From NCBI GenBank assembly GCA_965116495.1, contig OZ220696.1, forward strand, positions 128,001 through 192,000: 64,000 nucleotides of DNA, in the 5' to 3' direction. Shown here piece after piece: positions 20,737 to 31,097 of the stretch. Position 1 is the stretch's first letter. Each line of letters begins with the position of its first letter. The notes beneath the pieces are model-generated. The model searched no databases, was not told the DNA's origin, and was given only the letters and a program-made list of their open reading frames with translations. Position numbers and translations under genes: made by a program. Origin of the DNA: Gammaproteobacteria bacterium. GTDB taxonomy: Bacteria > Pseudomonadota > Gammaproteobacteria > Eutrophobiales > Eutrophobiaceae.

Positions 20737-21609
20737 ATGCTGTTTGAAAACATAAGCATTATCGGATTGGGCCTGATCGGGGGTTCGCTGGCGCGGGACC
20801 TGAAGCGATTCTCCCTGTGCGGGACGGTCACCGGTTTTGGCCGGCGTGAGGCAGCCCTGCAACAGGCCGTTGAAGATGGGGTCATCGATCGGTACAGCCT
20901 TGACATCCGGGAGGCAGTCGGCGGCGCTGATGTTGTCGTTCTGGCTACGCCGCTTTCCACCACTGAGACCTTGTTGAAAGAAATGTCGGATGAGTTAAAG
21001 CAGGGGTGTATTATCACCGACGTCGGCAGCGCCAAGGGCGTGGTAGTTGCGGCGGCGAGAAAAATCATAGCTGATCGACTCCCGTATTTTGTCCCGGCGC
21101 ATCCCGTTGCCGGCACTGAGAAAAGTGGCGTCGAGGCATCTTTTGCCGGATTGTTTGAAAAGCACGTCGTGATCATTACACCCCTTGCCGAGACGGACCC
21201 CGGCGCCAGGGAGGCCGTTGCCGCAATGTGGCGGGGGGTGGGCGCCACCGTTGTCGACCTGGAGGTCGGCCACCATGACGAGGTGCTGGCGGCAACCAGC
21301 CACCTGCCCCATGTGCTGGTTTATACCCTGATTGATTGCCTGGCGCGTATGCAGGACAAGGAAGAGATTTTTGCTTACGCAGCGGGTGGTTTCGCAGACT
21401 TCACCCGGGTGGCATCGAGCAGTCCCGAGATGTGGCGTGATATCTGCCTGGCCAACGGGACGGCATTACTGGCCGTTCTGGACGGGTTCGAGCAGCGCTT
21501 GCACGGGGTGAGGCAGGCGATTGCACGGGGAGACGGTGAGTGCTTGATGGAAATTTTCTCCCGGGCCAAACAGGCCAGGGACACCTTTGCCGAAGCCAAA
21601 GGGCGTTAG
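20737..21609 (+). CDS. tyrA: Prephenate/arogenate dehydrogenase
   Basis: IIGLGLIGGS, TDVGSAK, HPVAGTEKSG, HDEVLAATSHLPH. Confidence 0.93.
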   Translation: MLFENISIIGLGLIGGSLARDLKRFSLCGTVTGFGRREAALQQAVEDGVIDRYSLDIREAVGGADVVVLATPLSTTETLLKEMSDELKQGCIITDVGSAKGVVVAAARKIIADRLPYFVPAHPVAGTEKSGVEASFAGLFEKHVVIITPLAETDPGAREAVAAMWRGVGATVVDLEVGHHDEVLAATSHLPHVLVYTLIDCLARMQDKEEIFAYAAGGFADFTRVASSSPEMWRDICLANGTALLAVLDGFEQRLHGVRQAIARGDGECLMEIFSRAKQARDTFAEAKGR

Positions 21610-21637
21610 CACGCATGTCTCACGGGGTAGCGTGCCG

Positions 21638-22993
21638 ATGACTGACATTTCCAGGATGGGGGAAAGTGGCGCCGGGGCCAGGATTGATTACCTCGTTAAT
21701 CCGGTGAGTGCCGCTTTATCGGGGAAGATACGCGTTCCCGGGGATAAATCCATCTCACACAGGGCAGTGATACTGGCATCGCTGGCGCAAGGAGTCAGTG
21801 ATTGCAGCGGTTTCCTGGACAGCGCCGATACCCGGGCAACCATTACCGCCTTCCGCCAGATGGGGGTGCGCATCACACAAGAAGATGAGTTCCTGACCGT
21901 TGACGGGGCAGGGCTGCACGGTCTGTCGGCGCCGCCGGGTATCCTGGACCTGGGCAATTCCGGCACTTCGGCGCGCCTGTTGCTGGGTATCCTGGCCGGG
22001 CAACGGTTTGCCTCCACTTTATCCGGCGATGAATCACTGTTGCGCAGGCCGATGCGGCGCGTGGCAGACCCGCTCAATATGATGAACGCCGATGTACGCA
22101 CCACTCCCGGCGGGACCCTGCCCGCGCAGGTAACGGGCAACAGGCGCCTGCGCGCGATTGAATATGAGCTGCCTGTTGCCAGCGCCCAACTGAAGTCGGC
22201 GTTGTTGCTGGCAGGTTTGTACGCCGAGGGTAAGACCGTGATTATCGAACCGGCGCCGACGCGTGATCACACGGAAAGATTGCTGGCGCATTTTGCCCAC
22301 CCGGTCACGCGCGCCGGTAACCGGCTGGCCATTGAGCGCGGCGTATTGCAGGCAGGCCGCCTGCGTATTCCCGGTGATATTTCATCTGCCGCTTTTTTCC
22401 TTGCCGCGGGTTGTGTCGTTCCCGGTTCGGACCTGGTCATCGAGGGAGTCGGGATCAACCCCACCCGGCGCGCGGTAGTGGACATTCTCAATATGATGGG
22501 GGGTGATATCAGCATCACCAATGTTATTGATGGAGCAACCGAACCCCTGGCGGACCTGCGGGTGAAATACCGGCCCCTGCGCGGTATCACCATCCCCGGC
22601 GCGCTGGTGCCGGTCGCCATCGACGAGTTTCCGGCAATCATGGCGGCAGCCTGTTATGCCAGCGGCGAAACCGTACTCACGGATGCGCGTGAATTGCGTG
22701 TAAAAGAGAGCGACCGTATCCAGGCCCTGGCGGACGGCCTTGCCGGAATTGGCATCGCCGTGGAGACCCGGCCTGACGGATTGTGTGTGACCGGCGGGCG
22801 TCCCCGTGGCGGCGCAGTGGACAGCCGCGGCGACCACCGTATCGCCATGGCCTTCTCCCTGGCCGGCCTGGCCGCGCAGGGACCGATCACCGTCAGGGAC
22901 TGTGACAATGTAGCGACGTCGTTTCCCGGATTTATCGATTGCGCCCGGCAGGTCGGCTGGGAAATACGTGAAGAAGCAGTAATTACGAATTAG
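21638..22993 (+). CDS. aroA: 3-phosphoshikimate 1-carboxyvinyltransferase (class II EPSP synthase)
   Basis: PGDKSISHR, LGNSGT, ASAQLKS, RDHTE, LRVKESDR, DHRIAM. Confidence 0.97.
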   Translation: MTDISRMGESGAGARIDYLVNPVSAALSGKIRVPGDKSISHRAVILASLAQGVSDCSGFLDSADTRATITAFRQMGVRITQEDEFLTVDGAGLHGLSAPPGILDLGNSGTSARLLLGILAGQRFASTLSGDESLLRRPMRRVADPLNMMNADVRTTPGGTLPAQVTGNRRLRAIEYELPVASAQLKSALLLAGLYAEGKTVIIEPAPTRDHTERLLAHFAHPVTRAGNRLAIERGVLQAGRLRIPGDISSAAFFLAAGCVVPGSDLVIEGVGINPTRRAVVDILNMMGGDISITNVIDGATEPLADLRVKYRPLRGITIPGALVPVAIDEFPAIMAAACYASGETVLTDARELRVKESDRIQALADGLAGIGIAVETRPDGLCVTGGRPRGGAVDSRGDHRIAMAFSLAGLAAQGPITVRDCDNVATSFPGFIDCARQVGWEIREEAVITN

Positions 22994-23143
22994 GAATTAC
23001 GAATTACGAATTACGAATTAAGTGATTTACCTGTGACAGTGAACTCATAAAAGTAACAGCGTTAATAACTTGTATAATGGAAATATGCATCGATTCCTAA
23101 TTCCTAATTCGTAATTCCTAATTCCTAATTCCTAATTCGTAAT
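22981..23143. repeat. Two inverted heptamer tandem arrays, (AATTASG)n and (CSTAATT)n, around a ~70-bp AT-rich spacer
   Basis: Five full aattacg/aattagg units at 22981-23015; about seven cctaatt/cgtaatt units at 23096-23143. Confidence 0.9.
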
Positions 23144-23840
23144 GATAATCCCCCCGGTCATAACCGTAGATGGTCCAAGTGGCACCGGCAAGGGTACGCT
23201 GTGCAGCCGTATCAGCCGCTGGTTGAACTGGAACCTGCTGGACAGCGGCGCGCTGTATCGTATCCTGGCCCTGTTGGCGCAAAGGAAAAATATCGCCGTT
23301 TCCGATGCCGCAGGGGTCGCCGCGCTGGCACAGGGGATCGATGTTCAATTCATATCCGTTGACGGAGACGAACCGGTACAGGTCATTCTGAATGGAGAGG
23401 ATGTCGGTGCCCGGATACGCCCGGAAGATTGTGGCAATGCGGCTTCAACCCTGGCTGCGCACGGCCTGGTACGCGAGGAAATTCTGGGCTGGCAAAGGGA
23501 TTTCCAGCGCCCCCCGGGTCTTGTAGCAGACGGGCGCGATATGGGCACCGTGGTTTTCCCGGATGCCGAATTAAAGGTATTTTTGACGGCGAATCCGCTG
23601 GAGCGGGCAAAAAGACGATATAAACAGTTGAATGCAAAAGGGATTAATGTTAGATTCTCGCAACTTGAGGGGTCTATCGCCGAACGGGACAAGCGTGATA
23701 AGCAACGCATTCTCTCTCCTTTGAAGCCGGCGGATGATGCTGTTGTAATTGATACGTCCGATAAAGGGCGGGATGACGTATTTGCACAGGTAGTGGAGAT
23801 TATAGGAGATCGCTTTGATATATCAGCTATACGGACATAA
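23142..23840 (+). CDS. cmk: Cytidylate kinase
   Basis: ITVDGPSGTGKGT, LDSGALYR, LVADGRDMGTVVFPDA. Confidence 0.98.
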   Translation: MIIPPVITVDGPSGTGKGTLCSRISRWLNWNLLDSGALYRILALLAQRKNIAVSDAAGVAALAQGIDVQFISVDGDEPVQVILNGEDVGARIRPEDCGNAASTLAAHGLVREEILGWQRDFQRPPGLVADGRDMGTVVFPDAELKVFLTANPLERAKRRYKQLNAKGINVRFSQLEGSIAERDKRDKQRILSPLKPADDAVVIDTSDKGRDDVFAQVVEIIGDRFDISAIRT

Positions 23841-23874
23841 TGTTATACATTAAATTTAAGAGATAACTTTTTAT

Positions 23875-25557
23875 ATGACTGAGAGTTTTGCGGAATTATT
23901 CGAACAAAGCAAGGTAGAGGCAAAAATGCGTCTTGGTTCCATTTTGAACGGGACAGTTGTTGATGTTTACCAGGACAACGTAATAGTCAGTGCCGGCTTG
24001 AAATCTGAGTCATGGATACCCATAGACCAGTTTTTCGACGAAAAAGGAGAACTCGAGGTTTCCATAGGTGACGAGGTCGAAGTGGCCCTGGACGCCATAG
24101 AAGATGGCTACGGCGAGACCCGGTTATCGAGAGAGAAGGCAAAACGACTCCTGGCATGGAATAACCTGGAGCAGGCCCACGACTCTGATGAAACTGTCAC
24201 AGGTGTGATTACGGAGCGGGTGAAAGGTGGTTTTACCGTTGACGTTGAAGGCATCAGGGCATTTTTGCCGGGGTCGCTTGTAGACGTCCGGCCTGTCAAG
24301 GATACGGTTTACCTGGAAGGTAAGCCGCTTGACTTCAAGGTAATCAAGATCGACCAGAAACGGAGTAACGTGGTGGTGTCGCGCAGGGCTGTGGTGGAGA
24401 GTGAAAACATTGCAGAGCGGCAATCCCTGATTGAGAAACTCAAGGAAGGTATCACCGTAAAAGGCGTGGTTAAGAATCTCACGGATTATGGCGCATTCCT
24501 GGACCTTGGCGGCATCGATGGCCTGCTGCATATCACCGACATGGCCTGGAAACGGGTAAAAGACCCGGCTGATATCGTCAATATCGGTGATGAGATCGAA
24601 GTCAAGGTTTTGAAGTTTGACCGTGAACGCAACCGGGTATCCCTGGGATTGAAACAAATGGGGGATGATCCCTGGGGTGATTTGACCAAACGCTTCCCGG
24701 AAGGTTCGCGCTTGCACGGGTCGGTGACCAACCTGGCCGATTACGGTTGTTTCGTCGAACTGGAAGAGGGTGTCGAAGGATTGGTACATGTCTCTGAAAT
24801 GGATTGGACGAATAAGAATATTCATCCTTCGAAACTGGTGCAGACGGGCGATGAGGTAGACGTCATCGTATTGGATATCGACCAGGAACGCCGGCGCATC
24901 TCACTGGGAATGAAACAATGCCAGCCGAATCCCTGGGAAGAGTTTGCCGCCCTGCATAACAAGGGAGACAGGGTCCGGGGTCAAATCAAGTCCATCACCG
25001 ACTTCGGCATCTTTATCGGCTTACCTGGCGGAATAGACGGGTTGGTGCATTTATCCGACGTATCCTGGGTTGACGAGGGTGAAGATGCGCTGCGAAATTA
25101 TAAAAAAGGAACACAGCTTGAAACGGTCGTGCTCGCCGTTGATACCGAGAGAGAGCGTATTTCCCTGGGGATTAAACAACTGGAAAGAGATCCGTTCACC
25201 GCTTATGTGGCTGAGAATCCCAAGGGTGCAGTGGTCAGCAGCAGGATTCTGGCCGTCGAGACAAGGAATATTATCGTTGAACTGGCCCAGGGAGTTGAAG
25301 GGCAGTTAAAAATATCTGAGCTGTCAGGGGATAAGAAGGCCAGGGATGCAAAAAACAGTGGGCTGAAGGAAGATGATGAAATAGAAGTGAAAATCACCGC
25401 GGTAGACAGGAAAAAGCGTACCATTTCCGTGTCGGTGAAGGCTAAAGAATCGGATGAAGAATCAGCTGCAATCAAGGAATATACTCCTGACTCTTCATCT
25501 GGAGCAAAATTGGGCGACTTGCTGAAGAAGCACTTGGATAGTGGGGGCAGTGATTGA
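23875..25557 (+). CDS. rpsA: 30S ribosomal protein S1
   Basis: [10 protein letters not shown], repeated S1 domains ([27 protein letters not shown]). Confidence 0.99.
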   Translation: MTESFAELFEQSKVEAKMRLGSILNGTVVDVYQDNVIVSAGLKSESWIPIDQFFDEKGELEVSIGDEVEVALDAIEDGYGETRLSREKAKRLLAWNNLEQAHDSDETVTGVITERVKGGFTVDVEGIRAFLPGSLVDVRPVKDTVYLEGKPLDFKVIKIDQKRSNVVVSRRAVVESENIAERQSLIEKLKEGITVKGVVKNLTDYGAFLDLGGIDGLLHITDMAWKRVKDPADIVNIGDEIEVKVLKFDRERNRVSLGLKQMGDDPWGDLTKRFPEGSRLHGSVTNLADYGCFVELEEGVEGLVHVSEMDWTNKNIHPSKLVQTGDEVDVIVLDIDQERRRISLGMKQCQPNPWEEFAALHNKGDRVRGQIKSITDFGIFIGLPGGIDGLVHLSDVSWVDEGEDALRNYKKGTQLETVVLAVDTERERISLGIKQLERDPFTAYVAENPKGAVVSSRILAVETRNIIVELAQGVEGQLKISELSGDKKARDAKNSGLKEDDEIEVKITAVDRKKRTISVSVKAKESDEESAAIKEYTPDSSSGAKLGDLLKKHLDSGGSD

Positions 25558-25588
25558 GCCTTCGCACAAACAATGCGAGACTAGGGCA

Positions 25589-25870
25589 ATGACCAAATCT
25601 GAACTGATTGAAGCTTTAAGCAGGCGACAGCCGCAGTTTACATCTAAAGACGTAGAATCAGCAGTAAAAACAATCCTCGAGTCCATGGCCCAGAGTCTTG
25701 CAAGTGGGGACAGGATTGAGATTCGGGGATTCGGCAGCTTTTCATTACACTATCGGCCACCCCGGGTCGGTAGAAACCCCAAGTCCGGCGAAGCTGTTTC
25801 CCTGGCGGCCAAGTATGTCCCTTATTTCAAACCGGGAAAGCAAATGCGGGAGCGGGTGGATCAGGATTAA
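25589..25870 (+). CDS. ihfB: Integration host factor beta
   Basis: [34 protein letters not shown]. Confidence 0.98.
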   Translation: MTKSELIEALSRRQPQFTSKDVESAVKTILESMAQSLASGDRIEIRGFGSFSLHYRPPRVGRNPKSGEAVSLAAKYVPYFKPGKQMRERVDQD

Positions 25871-25903
25871 GCCGTTTTTCCACGACGTGCCATAATCCAT
25901 TTG

Positions 25904-26185
25904 ATGTCCATTATTAAATACGCGCTGATCCTGCTTGTTGTCCTGGCTGGATTGGCGTTCCATGTCCGCAACGGGCAACAGGTCGTGGTCGATTTCTACC
26001 TGGGAAGTTTTGATCTGCCGTTATCAATGGCGCTTGCCGTCGCTCTGCTGTGCGGGGCGATACTGGGTGTTTTGTCCGGTTTGCCGGCATGGTTAAAACT
26101 GAAGCGCGACAAACTAAAACTCAACAGGCAGCTCAAGGCATATCAACCGGACTCGCAGACCCCAGAAGAACAATCCACAGATTAA
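25904..26185 (+). CDS. lapA: Lipopolysaccharide assembly protein A family
   Basis: Two hydrophobic helices, N.Q.V.VDFYLG..DLPLS motif, conserved position after ihfB. Confidence 0.8.
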   Translation: MSIIKYALILLVVLAGLAFHVRNGQQVVVDFYLGSFDLPLSMALAVALLCGAILGVLSGLPAWLKLKRDKLKLNRQLKAYQPDSQTPEEQSTD

Positions 26186-26292
26186 CGCAGATAATATAAG
26201 AATTCTTTGCTCCAAGGGTTGGTGTTATCGTAATCAGAAAACCTCTGAAGATTTATGTTTTGTATCTGCGTACATCTGCGTTATCTGCGGAT
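26173..26292. repeat. Inverted short-repeat pair (RCAGAT.. / ATCTGCG..) around an AT-rich spacer
   Basis: atccacagattaacgcagataa ... tatctgcgtacatctgcgttatctgcggat. Confidence 0.75.
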
Positions 26293-26308
26293 GAAATAAA
26301 CAACCGGT

Positions 26309-29300
26309 ATGCACGCGAGTCCTCTGCAGCCTGAAGTTCCCGCGGGCAAGGGACAGCCGGTAGTGTGGGAGCGGCTGCACGGAAGCGGCAAAGCATTGGC
26401 AATCGCGTCCGCTGCAAAGGAAAATACAGCGCTGTTTATCGTCATCACTGCGGACCAGTCCGGTACTCACCGGCTCATGGAAGAACTGGCATTTTTCAAC
26501 CCTCCCCGGAGCGGACAGAGATTGCTGTCGTTCCCGGACTGGGAGACCCTGCCGTATGACAGGTTTTCCCCTTACCAGGATATTGTTTCGGACCGGCTGG
26601 CGACACTGGTGGAATTGCGTAATATTCGCACAGGCATCCTGGTCGTCCCAGTTTCCACCTTGATGCACCGGCTGCTGCCCGCTGATTACCTGCTGCCGCA
26701 TAGCCTGTTTTTACGGACCGGGCAGACCCTGGAAACGGATGTCTTCAGACAGGAACTGGTCAATAACGGTTATCGCAACGTATCCCAGGTGATGGAGCAC
26801 GGGGACGTTGCGGCAAGAGGTTCGATACTTGATGTCTATCCTATGGGTTCCGATGTGCCTTACCGGCTGGACCTGTTCGATGACGAAATCGACAGTATCC
26901 GGATGTTTGACATCGAAACCCAGCGGTCCCTGGAAAAAACGCAGGAAATCAGGATATTGCCTGCCAGGGAAGTGCCTTTAACCACTTCAGCCATAGAGAA
27001 CTTCCGGAGTAACTGGCGCTTGAGGTTTGAGGGAAACCCCGCTCTCTGCCCGATTTATACCGACGTCAGCAACGGGATTGCCCCGGCAGGAATCGAATAT
27101 TACCTGCCCCTGTTTTATTCGCATTCCGGTAGCCTGGTCGATTATTTCCCGGCAAACCCGACAGTCATGCTGGATGAGGGTGTGTATCACGCGGCGCTGG
27201 ATTTCCGGGATATGGCAGAGACCCGTTATGAACAGGGAAAACACGACGCTGAACGGCCCCTGCTGTCACCGGATGAAGTATTTTATCCCACCGATGAGGT
27301 GTTCGGCCTGCTGGCGGCATACCCGCAGATTCATATCGGTAATACCGGCATTGATGCCGGCGGGAGCAAAACGGTTACCTTCAATACCGGGGTTCCAAAA
27401 AAACTCCCCGTTAACGTGCGCGCACAAGCTCCCCTGGCTGTTTTTCACCGTTTCATGGACGAATTTGCGGGACGCATGCTGATTGTGGCGGAATCGGTCG
27501 GCCGCCGGGAAACTATTATGGAATTATTCCGCGCTGAAAAAACCAGGCCGGTCCTGTGCAGGGACTGGAATGAGTTCATGGCGCAGGAAGTGCGCTTCGG
27601 TTTGACCGTAGGGCCGCTGGAACGGGGTGCGGTGCTGGAACAACCCAGTCTTGCCGTGCTGAGCGAATCCCAGTTGTTCGGCGAGCGGGCGCAGCAGCGC
27701 CGCCTGCGCAAGAAACGCCGGCAACTTACCGATTCGATCGTCAGTAATCTAACGGAACTGGCGCTTGGCGCACCGGTTGTCCATGAAGAACATGGGGTGG
27801 GCCGTTACCGCGGGTTGCTGACCCTGACGGTGAATGATATTGAAGCCGAGTTTATCTGCCTGGAATATGACCAGGGGGACAAGTTATACGTACCGGTGGC
27901 CGCGCTGGACCAGGTCAGCCGGTTCGTCGGTGTGGATGCGGAACACGCACCGTTGCACCGCCTGGGCAGCGGCCAGTGGCAGAAGACGAAACGCAAGGCC
28001 CTGACCAGGGTTTATGACGTGGCTGCGGAATTGCTGGAACTGCACGCCCGCAGGGCGGCGCTCAACGGTAATGTGTTCAGCGTCGACAATAATACCTACC
28101 AGGCATTTGCCCAGGACTTCCCTTTTGAGGAGACCCCGGGCCAGGCGGAGGCAATTGCCGGGGTGCTTGATGATATGCGCGCTGCCGTCCCCATGGACCG
28201 GCTCGTTTGCGGTGATTCCGGATTCGGCAAAACGGAAGTGGCGATGCGCGCCGCATTTGTTGCGGTGGAAAACCACAAGCAGGTCGTCATGCTGGCGCCT
28301 ACCACCCTGCTGGCTCAACAGCATTACCAGAATTTCAGGGACCGGTTCGCGGACTGGCCCGTACGGATAGAAGTGCTGTCCAGGTTTGTCTCCAGAAAAG
28401 ATCAGGCCGTGATCGGGGACGACCTGCGCAGCGGCAAAGTCGACATCATCATCGGCACGCATAAACTGCTGCAGGACAGTATTGCCTACAGCAATCTCGG
28501 CCTTGTCATCATTGACGAAGAGCACCGTTTCGGTGTGCGGCAGAAGGAAAAACTGAAGTCGATACGGGCGCAGGTGGACGTATTGACGCTGACTGCGACC
28601 CCGATCCCGCGCACGCTTAACCTGGCGTTATCGGATTTGCGTTCCCTGTCCATCATTGCGACGCCGCCGTCAAAACGGCTGCCGATAAAAATCTTTATCC
28701 GGGAGTGGGATGAGATCTGGCTTATCGAAGCAATATTACGGGAGATCAAGCGGGGAGGGCAGGTTTATTTTGTCCATAACGAAATAAACACCATTGACAA
28801 AACAGCGGCTGAAATTGCCAGGCTGGTGCCGGAGGTCAAGCTCAGGATAGCGCACGGGCAGATGCCGGAAAAGCAGCTGGAGCAGGTGATGTTGGACTTT
28901 TACCATATCAGGTTTAACGTGCTGGTGTGCACGACGATCATCGAGACCGGCATCGACGTGCCCAGCGCCAACACCATCATCATTAACAGGGCAGACAAAT
29001 TCGGCCTGGCTCAACTGTATCAACTGCGCGGCCGGGTCGGGCGTTCGCATCACCGGGCCTACGCCTACCTGGTTACGCCGGATCGACGGGCCGTCAGCGC
29101 CGGCGCGGCAAAACGCTTTGAAGCGATCGAGGCACTTGAGGAACTGGGCATGGGCTTTACCCTGGCTACGCATGATATGGAAATCCGCGGAGTGGGAGAA
29201 ATCCTGGGCGATGAGCAGAGCGGGCAGATCCAGGAGATCGGGTTCGGCCTGTATATGAGTTTGCTGGAACGGGCGGTTTCCTCATTGAAGGACGGGCGCC

Positions 29301-29764
29301 AACCAGACCTGGACCGGCCCCTGGAGCATGGTACCGAGATAGACCTGCATATTCCCGCATTGATTCCGGCTGATTATCTGCCCGATGTTCACGCACGGTT
29401 GATCATGTACAAGCGCATAGCAGGGGCGCAACAGGACGCCGCGTTATGGGACTTGCAGGAGGAGTGTATAGACCGGTTCGGCCTGTTGCCGGAACCCCTG
29501 AAGAACCTGTTTCGCCTGGCCGGGATAAAACAGAGAACACAGCACCTGGGAATACGCAAGATAGACCTGGGAGAGAAGGGCGGCAGGATCCATTTTCGTG
29601 AGAATGCTGATGTGGACAGGGGGAAGCTGATAAACCTGCTCCAGGTAAACCCCCGGTTATATAAACTTGAAGGGGGAGATAAACTGAGGATAAACAACGA
29701 GTTCTCTGATGCACAGACGCGCTTCCAATTCCTCGACGATCTCCTGGACAACCTGGCTTCATAG
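26309..29764 (+). CDS. mfd: Transcription-repair coupling factor
   Basis: FPDWETLPYDRFSP, CGDSGFGKTEVAMRAAF, DEEHRFG, TATPIPRTL, QLRGRVGRS. Confidence 0.98.
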   Translation: MHASPLQPEVPAGKGQPVVWERLHGSGKALAIASAAKENTALFIVITADQSGTHRLMEELAFFNPPRSGQRLLSFPDWETLPYDRFSPYQDIVSDRLATLVELRNIRTGILVVPVSTLMHRLLPADYLLPHSLFLRTGQTLETDVFRQELVNNGYRNVSQVMEHGDVAARGSILDVYPMGSDVPYRLDLFDDEIDSIRMFDIETQRSLEKTQEIRILPAREVPLTTSAIENFRSNWRLRFEGNPALCPIYTDVSNGIAPAGIEYYLPLFYSHSGSLVDYFPANPTVMLDEGVYHAALDFRDMAETRYEQGKHDAERPLLSPDEVFYPTDEVFGLLAAYPQIHIGNTGIDAGGSKTVTFNTGVPKKLPVNVRAQAPLAVFHRFMDEFAGRMLIVAESVGRRETIMELFRAEKTRPVLCRDWNEFMAQEVRFGLTVGPLERGAVLEQPSLAVLSESQLFGERAQQRRLRKKRRQLTDSIVSNLTELALGAPVVHEEHGVGRYRGLLTLTVNDIEAEFICLEYDQGDKLYVPVAALDQVSRFVGVDAEHAPLHRLGSGQWQKTKRKALTRVYDVAAELLELHARRAALNGNVFSVDNNTYQAFAQDFPFEETPGQAEAIAGVLDDMRAAVPMDRLVCGDSGFGKTEVAMRAAFVAVENHKQVVMLAPTTLLAQQHYQNFRDRFADWPVRIEVLSRFVSRKDQAVIGDDLRSGKVDIIIGTHKLLQDSIAYSNLGLVIIDEEHRFGVRQKEKLKSIRAQVDVLTLTATPIPRTLNLALSDLRSLSIIATPPSKRLPIKIFIREWDEIWLIEAILREIKRGGQVYFVHNEINTIDKTAAEIARLVPEVKLRIAHGQMPEKQLEQVMLDFYHIRFNVLVCTTIIETGIDVPSANTIIINRADKFGLAQLYQLRGRVGRSHHRAYAYLVTPDRRAVSAGAAKRFEAIEALEELGMGFTLATHDMEIRGVGEILGDEQSGQIQEIGFGLYMSLLERAVSSLKDGRQPDLDRPLEHGTEIDLHIPALIPADYLPDVHARLIMYKRIAGAQQDAALWDLQEECIDRFGLLPEPLKNLFRLAGIKQRTQHLGIRKIDLGEKGGRIHFRENADVDRGKLINLLQVNPRLYKLEGGDKLRINNEFSDAQTRFQFLDDLLDNLAS

Positions 29765-29800
29765 TGTCATGGGATATCTGCGGGTGCGCCTGGATCCAGG

Positions 29801-31090
29801 CTAAGTGCGTCCCGGCAGAATGAGATTCATGATAATAGCGGTCAGGATTGCAGGGACCAGCCCTGTCTCCATTATGATACGCAATTGTTCGGGGATGCGT
29901 TCGAGAAATCCGGTCTGTTCCGGCAGCCCGATGCCGATGGCGAGGGCCAGGCCGATGATCATCATATTCCGTTGATTGAACTTGGCCAGTCCAATCATCT
30001 TCAGACCCGCTGCAACCACGGAACCGAATAACAGGATCGATACTCCGCCCAGAACCGCGGTCGGCATAGCCCCGATAATTGCTGCCAGTTTGGGAAACAG
30101 GCCGGCTATGATCAGGAAGACGCCGGCCAGGGATACCACATGACGGCTTACTACTCCGGTCAGGGCTATCAGCCCGACATTCTGGCTGTACGTTACCAGC
30201 GGCAGACAGCCGGATAACGACGCCAGGGTGGTGGCACAACCGTCAGCCATCACCCCGCCGGAGATTTCCCTGTCCGTGGGTTCCCTGTTGACACCTGCGA
30301 TAGTCGTGCCGGATATATCGCCGATGGTTTCGGTGATAGCCACCAGTGAAATCAGCACAAAACTGAACACCGCGGCAAATTCGAAGCTCATGCCGAAGGG
30401 GACCGCGACGGGAGTGGCTACCCAGCCGGCGTGGTCCAATGCGCCCAGGTCGATGAATCCCATGAACCAGGCAATGAGGTAACCGGCAATCATGGCGATG
30501 ATGATCGAAACCAGGGAGAGGAATCCCTTGCCGAACTGGTGAATGACGACAGCCGTGACAAGCACTGCTCCGGCAAGCAGCGCATGCCTTGGGGCGCCGA
30601 AGTCGGCGGCATCGGCGCCGCCGAAGGCCATGCTGAAGGCCAGCGGCAGGAGGTTGATGCCGATGAGCAGGATACACAGGCCGGTGATAAGCGGGGGAAA
30701 CAGAAACCGCAGGTGCTTGATGACATACCCGGCAAAGACCAGGAACAGGCCGGCCGCCAGTGCGCCGCCGAAAACGGCGCTCAATCCGATTTTTCCGCCT
30801 ATGGTCACGGCAATACCGATGAAGGCGAAATTGGTGCCGAGGACCAACGGCAGCCTGGCGCCCACCGGGCCTATACCGGCGGATTGCAGCAGGGTTCCCA
30901 GGCCCGACATGAATAACGTTGCCTGGATGATGAGGATTTTGTCTGACGGGCCCAGTCCCAGCGCCTCGGCGACAACGAGCGGCGCGGCAACGGTGCCGGC
31001 AAAGATCGCCAGCATATGCTGGAGTCCCAGTGGTAATGCCTGTAGCGGCGGTAATTTGCCGTGTATGGCTTGTTCTTTGGTGTTATCCAT
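29801..31090 (-). CDS. NCS2/NAT nucleobase:cation symporter (xanthine/uracil permease family)
   Basis: LGLQHMLA, ETIGD, TYSQNVGLIALTGV NAT signature; many transmembrane helices. Confidence 0.92.
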   Translation of the reverse strand: MDNTKEQAIHGKLPPLQALPLGLQHMLAIFAGTVAAPLVVAEALGLGPSDKILIIQATLFMSGLGTLLQSAGIGPVGARLPLVLGTNFAFIGIAVTIGGKIGLSAVFGGALAAGLFLVFAGYVIKHLRFLFPPLITGLCILLIGINLLPLAFSMAFGGADAADFGAPRHALLAGAVLVTAVVIHQFGKGFLSLVSIIIAMIAGYLIAWFMGFIDLGALDHAGWVATPVAVPFGMSFEFAAVFSFVLISLVAITETIGDISGTTIAGVNREPTDREISGGVMADGCATTLASLSGCLPLVTYSQNVGLIALTGVVSRHVVSLAGVFLIIAGLFPKLAAIIGAMPTAVLGGVSILLFGSVVAAGLKMIGLAKFNQRNMMIIGLALAIGIGLPEQTGFLERIPEQLRIIMETGLVPAILTAIIMNLILPGRT

Positions 31091-31097
31091 GATGATG

